Positions 38,157-52,349 of a stretch of 64,000 nucleotides of DNA are shown here, piece by piece. Position numbers and translations under genes: made by a program. The DNA comes from Phoronis australis (Eukaryota > Animalia > Phoronida): the NCBI GenBank assembly GCA_002633005.1, contig NMRA01000130.1, positions 551,848-615,847 on the forward strand, in the 5' to 3' direction. Position 1 is the first letter of the stretch. Every line of letters starts with the position of its first letter. The notes beneath the pieces are model-generated. The model did no database searches, was not told where the DNA came from, and worked only from the letters and a program-made list of their open reading frames with translations.

Positions 38157-39645
38157 TTACTTCAAACTGTCACAGACAACACCTATGATTAACCAGCCAA
38201 GTACACAGTGTACCTTAATGGCCAATAGGTATCTCACACAGCTGCCAGTTGAACTGTTGGCAACAATCAACTCATGACCGTTCTGACAATACTGTATTCA
38301 CAGAGTCAGCCCCTAACACCCATTCAATTAACAAATTGAGTATTTATACAGAGACAACCAAGCTGAGCATTTCACCAACAGTAAATTTGCTCGCGTTTTA
38401 AGATAGCTGCACACGGCACAGGATTGATCTCATGTAACAGTGGCGATACTGGATTGGCCTGGTCTTCCGCCGAGCCTGCTGCCACAGGCGTCAATCACGT
38501 TGGGTGAATTTTTTGCATCCCCAGACCATAACTTTGTATGATGAGTGTGGTGTTTGACCGTTCATGCCTCACTTACGACAACTATTTTTGGGAGCCTAAT
38601 AAGGCACCTAACATGTCAGCTGGTCACATGGTGGTAACTTCAGCTGTAGAGCTCAATCCAGGGCAGCACTCTGTGCCGGGCTATGCAGTGATGGCAATGC
38701 ATAAACGTCCTGTGGGGCTAGCATTAAGCCCACTATCTGATTTTACAGGCAGCATGTGTTAGGACTAACGCATTCATCAGATAATGAGCAACCTCTCCAC
38801 TAAGCACTAAATCAATGAGCACTTTGAATCTGCCTAATCCTGCCTTTGAGTAAGAGGGTATGTACACCCAAGCTCAGCTCAGACACACATAGCTTTACCA
38901 GTTCCTTCCAAATGGAACTAATCAGTCATCGGAAAGGATTATTCACACTTTTTTAACTAACAAAGTACCCATTGTTTCACAAATATCCAATGGTGGTAGA
39001 GAGGAAAGTGCTTGTGATCATTAACTGTTGATAAGAAAAAACTTAAACAATCAATTCGGCCCTCACAATCACTGTTTGAAAACATGCTAAAAAAAGCCAA
39101 TGTCAAGTTGTAAGCTTTTAATATTGCAATGAGCAAATAAGGGTAGCCAATGACATCTACTGGTAATCTGAACATTTCTGCATTTTGTTAAGGTCCATTA
39201 AACTAATGCCTTCTCATGAAAATCAGACAGGTATTTTCATGTTTTATAAAGATTGAATTTACATTAAGGTGGTTTACGATGTAACTGAGAAAAGTCTGAA
39301 GAGGGCGACACTGGGAGCGTAAGTCAAAGCCTGCTCAATGATGCGTGCAGGTAATTGTACCCACTGATTACAGTTGGATTCTTTCAAGTGGTGCTGCAAC
39401 AATTTGCCAAAATGTCGCTGGTATTGTCACTGAAGAAAAACATCAAATCTAAATCGATTCCAACACAGTGAAATCAATTCTGTGATGTTGCTAAAAATGT
39501 TTAAATTTACATTAATGAGGCAGTCTCCTGGTATAGCTACATTTTTAAAAGTAAACATAGCGAACTCTCCTTGGCCACAAGCAAATCTTTGTCCGATAGA
39601 GTAGGACAGCACCACCTGTATTTCCTTGGGGAAACAGAACATCAG

Positions 39646-40046
39646 GGCCCGGTCTCCAATCTTTTTACTCGAAATGGAACTCGAAATTAGGTTTGGCATT
39701 TTCTACTCTACTTTTGGGCGAACTCAAGATAAGTGTCTATTATTCTATGCTCGAGTACACAATAACTTACGTAGATAATTTATTGCCCTTAGTTCACAGT
39801 TTGTAAACCCAATATTAAAGCAATAATTTCGAGTTTGAACTCGAAATTTCGAGCTTTTACTCGAGTTTGTAGCACGAATATAAGGGTCTTCAAGGGCAAA
39901 CTTGAACTAGAAACTCCTATGCATAAACTATAATGTATTCGAGCACAGTCTGATAACCAATTATCTTAAGTTCGCACAAAAGGAGCAGAGAAATTGCCAA
40001 AAATATTTTCAAGTTCGTTTTGAGTACAAAGATTAGAGACCGGGCC
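39646..40046. mobile_element. PIF/Harbinger-like MITE with CAG target duplication and long imperfect TIRs
   Basis: CAG|GGCCCGGTCTCCAATCTTT.TACTC ... GAGTACAAAGATTAGAGACCGGGCC|CAG; complementarity extends for roughly 100 bp or more. Confidence 0.85.
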
Positions 40047-41569
40047 CAGGATTTTAACCCAGTCTCGTTATCAGAATGTTCCGATGAGTCCCAGGTTGTC
40101 TACCCATCACAGCGAACAACCTCGCCAGTACTCAGTGACGAACTGATTCAGAATTAAGCCTCGAATAGGAAACATTTTCCGATTAATCGATTCTGAAAAA
40201 AGTACGACCTGATCCTTCATCTAATTGTTTGTTTTGAAATAAAATAAATACGCCTCTGACCAGTCAGGCATTGACTTGACAGAGCAAACTTCGAGCCAAA
40301 AACTGCCCAGCATTGCATTGTGAGAATTTCATATCAAAAAAGACAGCAAAATTTTGGGAATGACAAAACCTCAGCCATGTGAGACAAAGTCACACACTTG
40401 AACATAAGACAGATCTGAATAAGCAACTGATTGATTAAAGCGCATCACATTACGTGGCAGTCAGTACAGACTGAGTCCATAAGAACATAAGTGATCAGCT
40501 GATTCCTGGGCAACGGATTATGCAATTACATGTGTGAATCAGCTGGCCAGAGTTCACAGAGCACAAGCACTCAGTTCCTGGTTCACGCACTCAGGTGCAC
40601 CTAAATGCCCAATCAGCTGGACTCATTCCCTGGTAACAAGTGGTTAAGTGCATGGGCGAACTACTTTCAACACCAATCAGGTCAACAACAACATGCGGGC
40701 TAATTAACTGATATTATCAACAGTTGTATTGATTGCAATCCTCCTACGTTATTGTGTTAGGAATTTTCACGGTTACTGTCATTTTCGCAAGAGACTTTTC
40801 ACGAGGCCCCGAACTCCCCAAAGCGTCCATGAAATGTTGATATTTTTATAGCCAGTACTTAATTATACCAATGTCTTAACAACAATATTCTTTTGTACAC
40901 TGATAAAATGAAGATGTCACCTTCTAACTGAATAGTCCAAGCAATTTTGACTGCAAAACTGACAAAATAAGTGTTGAACTTCATTTTTGTCAAAGCCATA
41001 ATGCCAAAAGCACATGCCCAACCTTCCCAAAGCGCACAAGCCAACAGGCAGCCTCAACCTGTTCCTCCCCTAAGCGGACATTTTGCAACACTTGTGAAAA
41101 AGGCGATAACTCTTACCAGTCCCACATAATCTTGGTACTCAAGTAAATGAACCTTTTAGATATGGTTCCTTGCTACGGTGTTCTCTTCGCAACTTGCCTG
41201 AGATTTATTTCTGTTCACTGTTCTTTTGGCAATGGATTGATCACAACTAGCTGGTACTCTTTTGTTGATTGAATTTGGGAAAGCAAACATTTGCTCAGAT
41301 CTAGAAAATTGCAATATCTAGTCTCGTCTGCTTTGTAAGGTTTCATTATCACTCTAACCATGTTCATAGCAAAGTTGTCCTCTCGCCCTTCCTGTCTACA
41401 GTTTAATGAATGTTTTAACACAATTCACGGCTGCTGTTGTTGTTCCCACTAGCTGTCATTATCATAATGATCAATGCCACCATCCAGATCTACACCAATT
41501 ATCTTTTCATTCACTCTCACAGTTACCCTGGAAGCGCTTTCCATATTTCACAATTTTTATTCAAGTTAA

Positions 41570-41956
41570 GTGCCATCCACACGCACACTTACCCTCGAAC
41601 AAGTTACTCTTGGAATGAGTTGTTGCTAGGTTGGGGGGGCTGTGTGGACGCTATTTAAACTAGTGAAACTTACCCAACTCGTGACAACTTACTCCACCTT
41701 ATAGGGCAATTTGTTCTAGGGTAACTTGTGCCCCTTCTATAGCCGCTAATCTGGGGCAAGGCGGAAGTAATTACCTGCTGCGGTTACCTACAGACAAGTC
41801 TTCTGTTGCACGCCGTATACGCATCAACTGTCCATTGTCATGCAAAGAGCGACAACTTTTGCCTTACCCTAGTTATCAGGTGGACACTCCACTTAAAGTG
41901 GGATAAGCTGCGCTAGTGCACACTGTTCTAGGCCAAGTCTGTGTGTGGACAGGACT
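41570..41956. mobile_element. Harbinger-like MITE, relative of 61788-62442
   Basis: TCCACACGCACACTTACCC..GAACAAGTTA ... TGTTCTAGGCCAAGTCTGTGTGTGGACAG; internal blocks shared with the 62-kb copy. Confidence 0.7.
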
Positions 41957-42679
41957 ATAAATACTCTGACATAATGTCATCTTTTTGTCTGCATAACAGA
42001 CACTGAACTACAAAATTTGTACACAGTAAATGACCTCTTGCTAGCTCATGAGTTATTCATTTTAGTTCAAAATAGTTCAAAGACGGTAATTCGAGACTAA
42101 AAAAAAAACAACCTCCGAACTCAAACCCTGTGAGCTATTATTTCAAAAATGCATAAATCAACTTTATTACGACCCATGAAGCGCTAACTAAGACAAGACA
42201 TTGAAGTCGAACAAATCAAGCTAGTCGCAATAAATCTTCAACCAATCAGTGAACTCCATTCCGTCCATTCTTTTATAATGCGTAATTAAGAAGGCTAACT
42301 CGCCATAATAAAAAACGAAACCTTTTCAAAGACGGCACTGCAGTTATAATTTCATTAAAGATGCTATGAAGTCATCTTCAACTAAAACTGGATTAACTTA
42401 TGAATTACACCACTTAGTACAATAAAACAGGTCTTAACTCCGTTCTTAGACAGATTAGACCTAATTTCTGACCTTGGGATGAGGCCAAGCATAAAGGACT
42501 TGTCAGTTCAACCAATCACAGAAACCACTCATGTATGATCTGAGTAAGGCGAAGTCTTGTAATAAATCACAAGTTAATTTTTAAACAGAAGGTGATTTTT
42601 GCGACCTTAAATGTTGCTCATGATGCGGCGATCAACATCAGCAACTAACTAGCACAATTATCTCCCTTGCAATACATAC

Positions 42680-42801
42680 CACTTGAGTTTATCATTGGCC
42701 CCTGCAGAAAACGTAGAGCTCTTTAGAACTTCCCCCATCTCTTCGCGACAGAAGCTGAAGTTATTGATGGTCCACATGTAGGAGAACTTGACAACCTTGA
42801 C
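42680..42801 (-). CDS. SPOP: SPOP coding exon 2 (MATH start)
   Basis: TTCTCTCCACAG|[40 protein letters not shown](W)|GTATGT; 122 nt. Confidence 0.98.
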
Positions 42802-43712
42802 CTGTGGAGAGAAGCAGTAGTGAGTGACAGGGGGTTCAGCAATGTCTAGTAGTTGAAGCACGGACCACACATGAAAAAAATTGACCACCTTAACCCATGT
42901 TTCGTTATTTTTTCTGTTCATGCCTGTTCACATTTTCCAATTTATTAGCAGTGTTTGTTTGTAAGAGACCTCCACAACATTAAGAATCTCGCATTTTATA
43001 TTTCTCAGTATTACCATTATCTGTGTCATTATCTGTGTCGTATTTATTTGTTATCGTGTGTCGACTTTTCTGTCATTCCTTTCTACGTATTGTGAGTAGA
43101 GCCTAATCAATCAATCAATAGATAGATAAATCAGTCTATACAGCACATTTGAGGAGGTACCGAAAGAGTGAGAATGGGCAGGGCTACTGGAGAGAACCAC
43201 GAACAAAAATACCAAAAAAGTACCCAGGGTAGTAAATGAAGAAAAAGTGTGCGTTGTCGAACGATATACCTTTCTCCAGTTCCACAGGAAAAGGACATCA
43301 AAACCTTCCAATGGCTTCGATATGACACATTTTAATATCATTCATTGTGGTAATTTTTACGATTCCTTTCAAAATACAAAAAAATGATTCAAAATAGGAT
43401 AGATAGGTAAAAAATCCCATTAAGGTAATGTCTACTGTCAGAAACCTCAATAATATTTTTGACTACAGTAGGTTAAAATCTCACCAATTTAATATGAAAT
43501 TTTATTTTCAATTTTTTCCCATGAAAATATAAAGCAGCAAAAATGCTTTGTTGTCTTCAAGTCCTGTAACACAGGCACCTGAATGCAATATTTTTGAAAA
43601 ATTGTAGACTTTCCCAACAACGTTGGAAGACCGTTAAAAAATAAAAGCAGGGCAAATTTGGCAATTATTTTTGTCCGAAATTGGCGAGATTTTACTGCAT
43701 ATCAAACCCCTG

Positions 43713-44142
43713 TGCCCGGTGGCATGAAACAGATACAAATAGGGACTCAGTTAAGTTCCCTAAATCTACTGCGTATTTGCAGGCTTGTGAAAACACCGAT
43801 TGTCCTATCTTATGCTGTTTGAGTATCATTACTATGGCAATTTTTGGCTTTGATACAAATCGAGAGTGAAATCTAGATTGAATTCTCAATATTATGGAAA
43901 ATAAGTAGGGATCTTTTCATGCAACGCCCCCAATTTAAGGATTAAGTCCCTAACTGTTTTGATTGAATTAAGGGCTCAGTTTTTAGTTATATTATTAGAA
44001 AACGTTGTCAAAGAAGAGCTCACAATAATGGTAAAATCATACACAAAACATTACATCTGTGCCTAAAGAACGAAACAAATACGAAAAAAATTTGGGAAAC
44101 TTAGTTGAGTCCCTATTTGGGAGTGTTTCATGCAACCGGGCA
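43713..44142. mobile_element. PIF/Harbinger-like MITE at a CWG site
   Basis: CTG|TGCCCGGTGGCATGAAACA...CAAATAGGGACTCAGTTAAGTT ... AACTTAGTTGAGTCCCTATTTG..TGTTTCATGCAACCGGGCA|CAG. Confidence 0.82.
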
Positions 44143-47100
44143 CAGATGTCCTCATCTTGACCTGGTAGCAGGAAACAAAGCCAAACACTAAGCCTGAAAC
44201 ACGTGTGCAATACAGAAGTCTGCAGACAAAAACTCAAAGCCTATAGTGGAAAATGGCAATAGTTCCGTATTTTGCGAACCAGTTTGATGCCCGTTATTCA
44301 GTACTCCTGAAAATGCAGGACCTGAGTAAGGAACTATTACCGTGAAAATCGCCACAAGCACAACAACAGTTGTAAATCACAAAAAAATAAGCAGCAGTTC
44401 GCACTGGAAGACAAAATTTTGTCCGGGAAATTAAACTTTGATAGAGAAACAGGTGAAGCACAAACTGGTTTGCTTCGAGTTTGTCGGGATTTTTCAATGA
44501 CCAATAACTGTAACTGTGACAGTTTTGGGTGTTTTCATAAGGGGGGTGTTTCATGATTGCACCATAAGCTGCACAAGGTTAATCACCCTATTTACAAATA
44601 GGCTGATCCAAGATCCATTGTGTGCCCAATGGAATCTTCCAGGAATAGAGAGTCAAGTTAGTCATCTGTGATGAAGTCACCTTTTCTCCCCTCTGATCAC
44701 TTGGACTAGGCTACCTGACGTGACCCATTTCTTGGAGCAGCACTTGGTGGTGGGGAGAGGACGGCCAACTAATGCTTCAGGAAACGCATGGCAAACTGAT
44801 TAAAAATTGTGCACCGATACAGACCTACTTTCAGGAAATAAATGAATGCCACTGGCGAATCACATAGATGATACATACTGAAACTGATTTGCTATTTAAT
44901 CACAGGTGCTATAAAGAGTTTTTGAAAACGCTCGTCAATCACTAGAATATTTGCAATTTCCTAAGGTTACTCAATATTAAGTTATAGGCTAAAGTGATAA
45001 TTAGTTTCTACAGACGTAGAATTAAATGTTTTCAAATATTAATAAACCACTAAACCAGTTTACTTGAAGATTTAAAATATTCATAAATGATAATACAGAT
45101 TGACTGTTTGTAGTAATATGTCCAATTTCGTTTTTTGAATAAAACCAAAAAACACGACAATCTTAAAAACACATACAACCACTGAAAAAATGCTGGAAAG
45201 ATTTGGCGGAGTTTTAGACTTTTAAGTCTCATTTTCTGACTGTCTCCTAAAGTCAGTCTCAGCTACTAGTGAAATCTCATTTTGTTAAATTTTTTACGCA
45301 AAACGTTATGCAAATGCATCAGGTTCTACCATACACCTGCCAGACTCGAGACTTTATTTAAAATTAAAGTGCAGGGTTGTTGAACCAATTCAAAGAAGGT
45401 ATGCCGAAATTAAATCATTGGACTTCACACTTCGGTGGTTATTAGTCCGCCTGAGGTAAATACTGATATTGTCATTAACGGAAAAAAATAAGGAAAGCTA
45501 ATGTTAAATGAGTTCAAGGCTAATGCACTAGACAACAATATTATTCTATTTATGGTCATGTCGCCTCTGGAGTATTTAACAAATGAATGTCAGAATATAA
45601 TACAGCTAATACATGAAGATATCATGTAGGATAATCATACGTTTATGAAGATGCTTATGAATGGCTATTGACAGAGTCACAAAATGGCGTTGCCATGAAA
45701 ATGACTACTGTGTGTTACAATTTAAGAAATATCTAGTGAGCAGGCAAAAAACGTGCATGTGATCGTAGAGCGAGAAACAATCTGTAGTTACACAAGAAAA
45801 ATTGTGTTCAGTACAATCACACCAAAATTTAAAACACTAAGTCTCCGTGGTTACAAGGATGACATGCTAATATCACAGCAGTTAGTGTTGCAACAAAGAC
45901 CAAGTAAAAGTAGCTACGGTAAAATCTCACCAATTTCTGACAAAAATAATCGCAAAAATTGCATTTTTTTTTCATTTTTTCAAAGACTTCTGATGTTGCT
46001 ATGAATGCTCACAATTTTTCAAGTTATTATCTAGTGGTGGCTACAGTACAGACCTTGAAGACGGGAGTGGCAGACTGAGGCAAGGACAGAGAGAGGGTAG
46101 AGGACGAAGTGGAGAGTTGGACAGATGAGAGGATGGGCAGAGGTAGATGAAGACGGGCAAAGAAAGGATGGGACCAGTGTTCTCCACGACCCGTTTTAAC
46201 ATGTCGCTATGACCTGTTGTCGGCACTGATGAGACGTTTAAATAGCCTGTGACAAGTTTGAAAATAATAGCAACCAGTTTGAAAAAAATGGTATCGCAAT
46301 CATTAACGATGTCTTTGCTGCTTCAAATTAGGCTTAGCAACAACTGGTCATAGCCCATTGAAAATTGAAACTGACTAAATGCCAAGTGTGTAACAAGGTG
46401 AGTAGAAGCGCACTGCAGAGTAAGTTAGCTGCCCTGTGCTTCTGGCACTTTTGTTGGGGTTCGTGCACTTTTGACACGTTTGGGGTTTCAGTTGTGGAAT
46501 ACACTAACCCCTTGCCAACGAAGTACGCTCCACCTGTCGGTCAAAAAGTAAGCCAAAGAATGATCTGCTCGGTACTGGCATACGATAGATGATAAAAAAC
46601 AAAATGGTGCCAGCCATTCCATATCTTCGAAACACGTTAATATGTCTGCATGCGGTGAGAATCTGAGCAACATGCAAGACTCGGAACACAGACATTTACG
46701 TCTGGTTCAATAGAGGTTGCTAGTGATCATGGCAGCCCGAAAATATTCAAGCGTGAAATGTCGTAATAACATTAAAATATCTTGACAAGAATGGTGGAAA
46801 GTGAAATACTGAAGCATTTCCTTTAGGCAAATTTTAATTCAAATTTGCTTTTGCAGGCACAAAGTAATTTAATGTTAGTAACGTCTGTGTTGACACAGTC
46901 TGAGGGTGTCGTGAAAATAGAAGCTGGTATGGATAACGAGTGCTGTGCCAACTGTTAGTGCCGAAGGGAATTGTATTTGGCCTTTTCATTTTGTCTCTTC
47001 GCAGTTTAGTCAGTGTAGAGTCAATCCCTCGTTTTATTTTTGCATGACTAAGTCTACCGTCACACCAACTTATTCGCAGTCGGGAGTTACGAAAACCAAA

Positions 47101-48470
47101 ATGTGTTGCTCAAAATCTTTTATGGTAATTTTTATTTTTCTTTTTTAAATACGCATGTATGAATAATCTCCAACACACCAACACCCTGAAATCAAGATCG
47201 GTGGTATTTTTGTATTACGGACAACTCTGAAATTTAATTACTTTCATTAGGTCGTTATCTGGAAGGAATGCCAATATCAGAACAAGAAGACAGGAAGAAA
47301 CTTTGTGTTGATTCTTGTAATGCGAGAACAAGAATGAAACATTCCAAAATACACATAGTTGAAAAACACAGAAGGTGTAGAATTCTATAGTAAGTAGAAA
47401 CAGTGATTCCAGTTTTTTATCCAACAATCTAGTTAAATTCTGTTTACCTGTGCCGTACTCGGAGAACAATAACTAAATATAGTATTTTATGTACTTTCTC
47501 TAATGAAATGGAAAACCATCACAAATCTCTAATGAGAAGGAATATCAAGACACCTAATATCCATTAACTGCCCACTACATTTCAAGTTTGATCCTAATAT
47601 CCTAATCAAATCGATTTTCTACTCGAGTTGGCACTAATTTCCGACAGGCCAGACCGATCCCGAGAAAGCAATGTCAATGAACTCTCTCTCACCGCAACTG
47701 TTTTCACCGCACAGCCAGGTGCGAAAAACAGCTCAGATACATGTAGCACACCTTGTCACAGAACTCTGATCTCGCATGAAAAAAGCACAAACGACACAAA
47801 CATCAGACTAGTATCAGTTTACAAATTAACACAAAACCGCAACAAAAGTCTCATGAATTCTCAAAGGCAACTAGAGATGACGCATTTAATGAAACAGTGA
47901 TCCGAGTTAAAAAATGAGTACGAGTACTGGCAGAAACAAATCAGAAATTTCATCGTCGCAATCTCAGGGGGTGAAAACCAGCTCTTGCCACACGCCAAAA
48001 TTCTATTAGCACGCACAAAAAACTTTACAATGGAACCTGAATTCTAACCTCAATCAGGCATTCTTGCCACAAACAACTCTTAGTGAAAGTAACCAAAGTT
48101 CACGACCCAGATTCTATGTGTTGTTTTTTGGTCAATAGCACTAAAAATTGGTCAGAGGAGTGCAGGAGTGTGGTTAGAGTTCAACTTCTGTGGCACAGGT
48201 ACTTTGTCCTTGAAAAGAGTGTCTGCAGCGTGTGGTAAGGGCTCCCTATTGTGATAAGAGTACTTGTAGCTTTCACAACCTGAAACTATGTCGAAGACAA
48301 ATCAAAACCCGACAGGCAAAGTGAAAGATCCACAGGTTAGAAGGCAGACGGGTTAGAAGGCAGACGCAGGGCCATGTGAATTCAGGGCAGTAACTCATGG
48401 TAAATTATTTTCAGAATTTGATGGGGTTTGATGGCTGAAAGTCGGGGAAAAGCAAGTTGAGCCAACCTAC

Positions 48471-48584
48471 CTGAGTGTAGCACCAGTTCTCTGCAACAGG
48501 ACACAACATGTCAGCAGGTGGGGGAGTCGGAACGTGCGACACTGCCATCTCTCCCGTCGAGTCGCTACCCGACGTAGATGCCAT
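48471..48584 (-). CDS. SPOP: SPOP coding exon 1 (ATG at 48584; splice acceptor at 48620)
   Basis: MASTSGSDSTGEMAVSHVPTPPPADMLCPVAENWCYTQ|GTAGGT; matches the SPOP N-terminus VP.PPP..M..PVAE.WCYTQ; good initiation context AAGATGG. Eight exons total 1161 nt = 386 aa + stop. Confidence 0.93.
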
Positions 48585-51500
48585 CTTGGTGGGTTGAGAA
48601 GTAACGAGTTGAAGGGAAATCTGCAAATCAAATAAAACTGATGCAAGACTGTACAACTATTTGTATTCCATAGCAGCCGCATCTTTTGAGTGTGGTGAGT
48701 TCAAACTAGTGAACAGCAAGTGCTTGAGCGCAAGGTCACGACCTTACTAGCGAACACTGGGAAAATGGTTGCCACTGAAGTGATTGGACGGAGAGAGTAG
48801 ACTGTTGAATTATGGAATAAAATTCAATGTTTTCATTCCATACGCTAAGCTTCTCGCAGCAAGTGTCACACAAGTATCTATACAGAAACTTGTTCTACAA
48901 AAAAACTTTTGTTCAACCCATGTGTAACAGAGAACTCACAAAACTTGGATCTAGGAATAGGATGTGTGGATCGCAAGGAATGATCACCAATGGGAATCAT
49001 TCGCAAAGCAATGACAAATGGTCACGTTAGAACGATGACCCTTACCAGCCCCCCTGGATCAACAATACAATCTGGTCGCACAGGCACTCTCCAGTGCAGT
49101 GGATAATTTAGGAGAACACTTCACGACATGCACTTTCAATCTTTCATAGCACTTGACAGTTTACTATAGGGATTGAGTGCCAGCTGAATCAAGAACAAGC
49201 TCAATCACTGGTCTCCGATGACGGGCAGGGTAGGAATTTTTAATGATTGATATCGTCTTTGGGCAACATTTTTGATCACTTGGTCAAGTACTGAGTACCC
49301 ATTTTCCCCATTGCTAAAGCACTGAGCTGGTCGGGACATTGGACATTACCACGGTAACCTATCCATTAAGGCCCTTTCAGCACAACTTAACTTTGGTACA
49401 CTAGGACCATTAATGAAAATTGCTAAGCAAGATGGCGCTGCGAAAAATTTGTCCATGCATAACTATTTAGATACTAAGAATGACTTCAGAGACACCGAAG
49501 TTAACATTTGAACACCGGATTGAAGCGATGACGCTCTGCTTTTAAATCCACCTATTTACTGGGAACTTAGTTTGTATTTTAACTTTCATCTTGGACTGAA
49601 GTAAACCTTTCACACCGGCCAACAACCCCTGACATTGATACATTGGTGTAAAAGCCCAATCCCACAACTAAAATGCTTTGCGAGACTCTCACCGGAAGAG
49701 TAGAGCGACGGTCGGTCAACCCTGTGTCCAGCCTGCATGAGACTGGGTCCCACAGGCACTCGGATGGGTTACATTGCACGACGTCAAGAACATAGCAGAA
49801 CACTAGAGTGGTGCTAGCAGGGACCAGATTGAACCTTTTATTAACAAGTTATCAGTCCTACAGCCAATTTCAGGTTATGTAGGACTATACAAAAATATCC
49901 AAATTTGGCTAACTTTGGAAAATCAAATCTCAAAAATGGCTGATCGGATTCATATGTAAGTTTCAGATACTATGTTTTAGGCACTGGTCTCCCCAATGCA
50001 GTTAGGAATTGTCTTTAAAATAAATGTTCCACTTTTGCATGAGAGGCTATTAAATACAAGACTTGAAATCTTATCTTGAATATTTTCATGAAATAACATC
50101 AGGTTATTGATACCATTGTTTTGTCAATGATAAAACGACATGGTCACTTGACTCAATTACTGACAGCTTGGTAATGAGTAAAAAATAAAGATAAGCTTTT
50201 ACGGAGTTGAAATCTATGGTTTTGTAAGTATTTGACTAAATGCACACACTTAATAATGTCCCACCTAACTTTAAGCTTACTAAAATGAAATTCCAACAAT
50301 TGAATGCCACTTCATATCTAACCTATTCAGCTTGGTATTTGGACTGTTGGCACTTAACATTTCTCAAATGAAGAATTTGTAACAAGGTTCACGTAGCACC
50401 AGGGGGTGCTCCCACAAGGTGAGGGGGGTGGGTGGCACAGACAGGCAGTCGACTTCAGTGTGTATTTTGGATTTTCAGATTTCATCTCGGGCAGGAGTAG
50501 GATCGGAGGTAGTGTTTAGTCTTGCAATTGACTACAGTATGATATTTCATCATCAGCCATTTTCTCACCTAATAGAGAATCCTAGAGGCTCGATAACTCG
50601 TGGTTCAGAGAGCACCCTAATACTGAGCAAAAATTAAATTACGGAGGTTGGTTGTTCACAAGCAGTGCTTAGTATGAAAACGATTCCACTTTAACGTTAG
50701 CACTTGGCACACATGAACAGGACATTGACATCGCTTGGGGGGCGGGGGGGGGGGCAGCATTCACAGTTTGATCATGGAGAGTTTGAACGTAGTATCGTAC
50801 CATAGCAACGTTAAAAAAAATTGGCTAGATAATTGACATCACGAAGCATGCTTTAATTTGTGTTTACTTTCCCAGTCATATAAAACAGAGCATACTCAGA
50901 CTAACTAAGCGTCTGTAACTAGAAGTGACACGGTTTGTGATACTGCCGTGAAGATGCAGTTAAACAAGTATCAATTCGTGCAGTGTGAACTCATTCAGTG
51001 TCAACACTTTGTAGTGTGAACGCAGCATTAGAGAGTTAAGTCAGAATCTCCAATGTCAAATACAAAAACAGCTGTTCAACTGAATTTGACATTCAGAATA
51101 AAGGATAATTACAGCTTCAAACTTCATTGATAACTTGCCTTACAATGACACAGGCACAAGAATAATACAACTGGCAGAACCTATGTTTGCTAAACAATAC
51201 ACATCAAAATTCACTAGAAGAACATCGAGTGTGGACGGAGGCATACCGAGGCATACCGGTGAATCATAAATCATCTCGTCACTAATCAGTACTTGAAAAC
51301 TCCAACGATCCGGGACGTGTAACCGGTACAATGCAAAATTACAGAAAATAAACACAATGGCTCTTACCCAAACACGGGCACAAGCAGGCAAGTCTACACT
51401 ATCAGTATGGACGAACTACTTCTTCCATATTGGTCAAATCAAATGACTGCATTTAGCCAACAGGAGGCAACTCATTCAGGGATGACTTGCGTTCATGGCT

Positions 51501-51917
51501 AACCAAGTATGAATGGTACAGACAATGTGATAAAAATCAGAAACTTAGTTAATCCAGTTGATAAATCAAAACTGGTCGGGGAACTCCTGACCGGCTATTG
51601 AGTAGTGAGAAACTGATTTAAATCACCTTAAACTCCTGGACACTCTGCACAAGAGCGCTGACACATTTATGACAAGCGCATAAAACAATAACACCATTTT
51701 TTTCTGCTGTGACTCACAACGGCCGTATAAAAACTGGAGTAATTGTTATGGTTTCAACGTCGTCGTTGATGGAGTTACCCAATTAGCAACAGGCAGCAGA
51801 TAAAATGGGGTTAAGCTGATGAGGTAGATCCAATGTGGCCGACATTTAATGGCCCCAAGAGAAATGACTTTATTACTTCAGAGAATTTTGACACGTGACG
51901 ATAAGTTAACCCATCAG

Positions 51918-52349
51918 TCACGCACGCTGCCAGTCCAGTCGAGTTCGGATGAAAAAGTATCCTACTTCTTTCCATTTCTCTGAAGATTTCATGAACGAGC
52001 CGTTCCAATTTCAAGAAACGTTGCAAAAAGTCATCCAAATTTTAGAAAATCTTTGCCAATTAGGAAAGTAGTAATAGATCATACTTTGTAAATGAAATGG
52101 CTTTTAATAAATTATTGCTGAAAGATTCACGCACGATGCCAGTCCAGTCCAGTTCGGATGAAAAAGTATTTTACTTCTTTCCATTTCTCTGAAGATTTCA
52201 TGAACGCGGATAAAACGAGCCGTTCCAAATTCAAGAAACGTTGCAAAAAGCCATCCAAATTTTAGAAAATCTTTGCCAATTAGGAAAGTAGTAATAGATC
52301 ATACTTTGTAAATGCAATGGCTTTTAATAAATTCTTGCTGAAAGATTCA
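51918..52349. repeat. Recent tandem duplication, ~209/220-bp unit x2
   Basis: TCACGCACG.TGCCAGTCCAGTC...TTGCTGAAAGAT occurs twice, with few substitutions and an ~11-bp insertion in copy 2. Confidence 0.93.
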
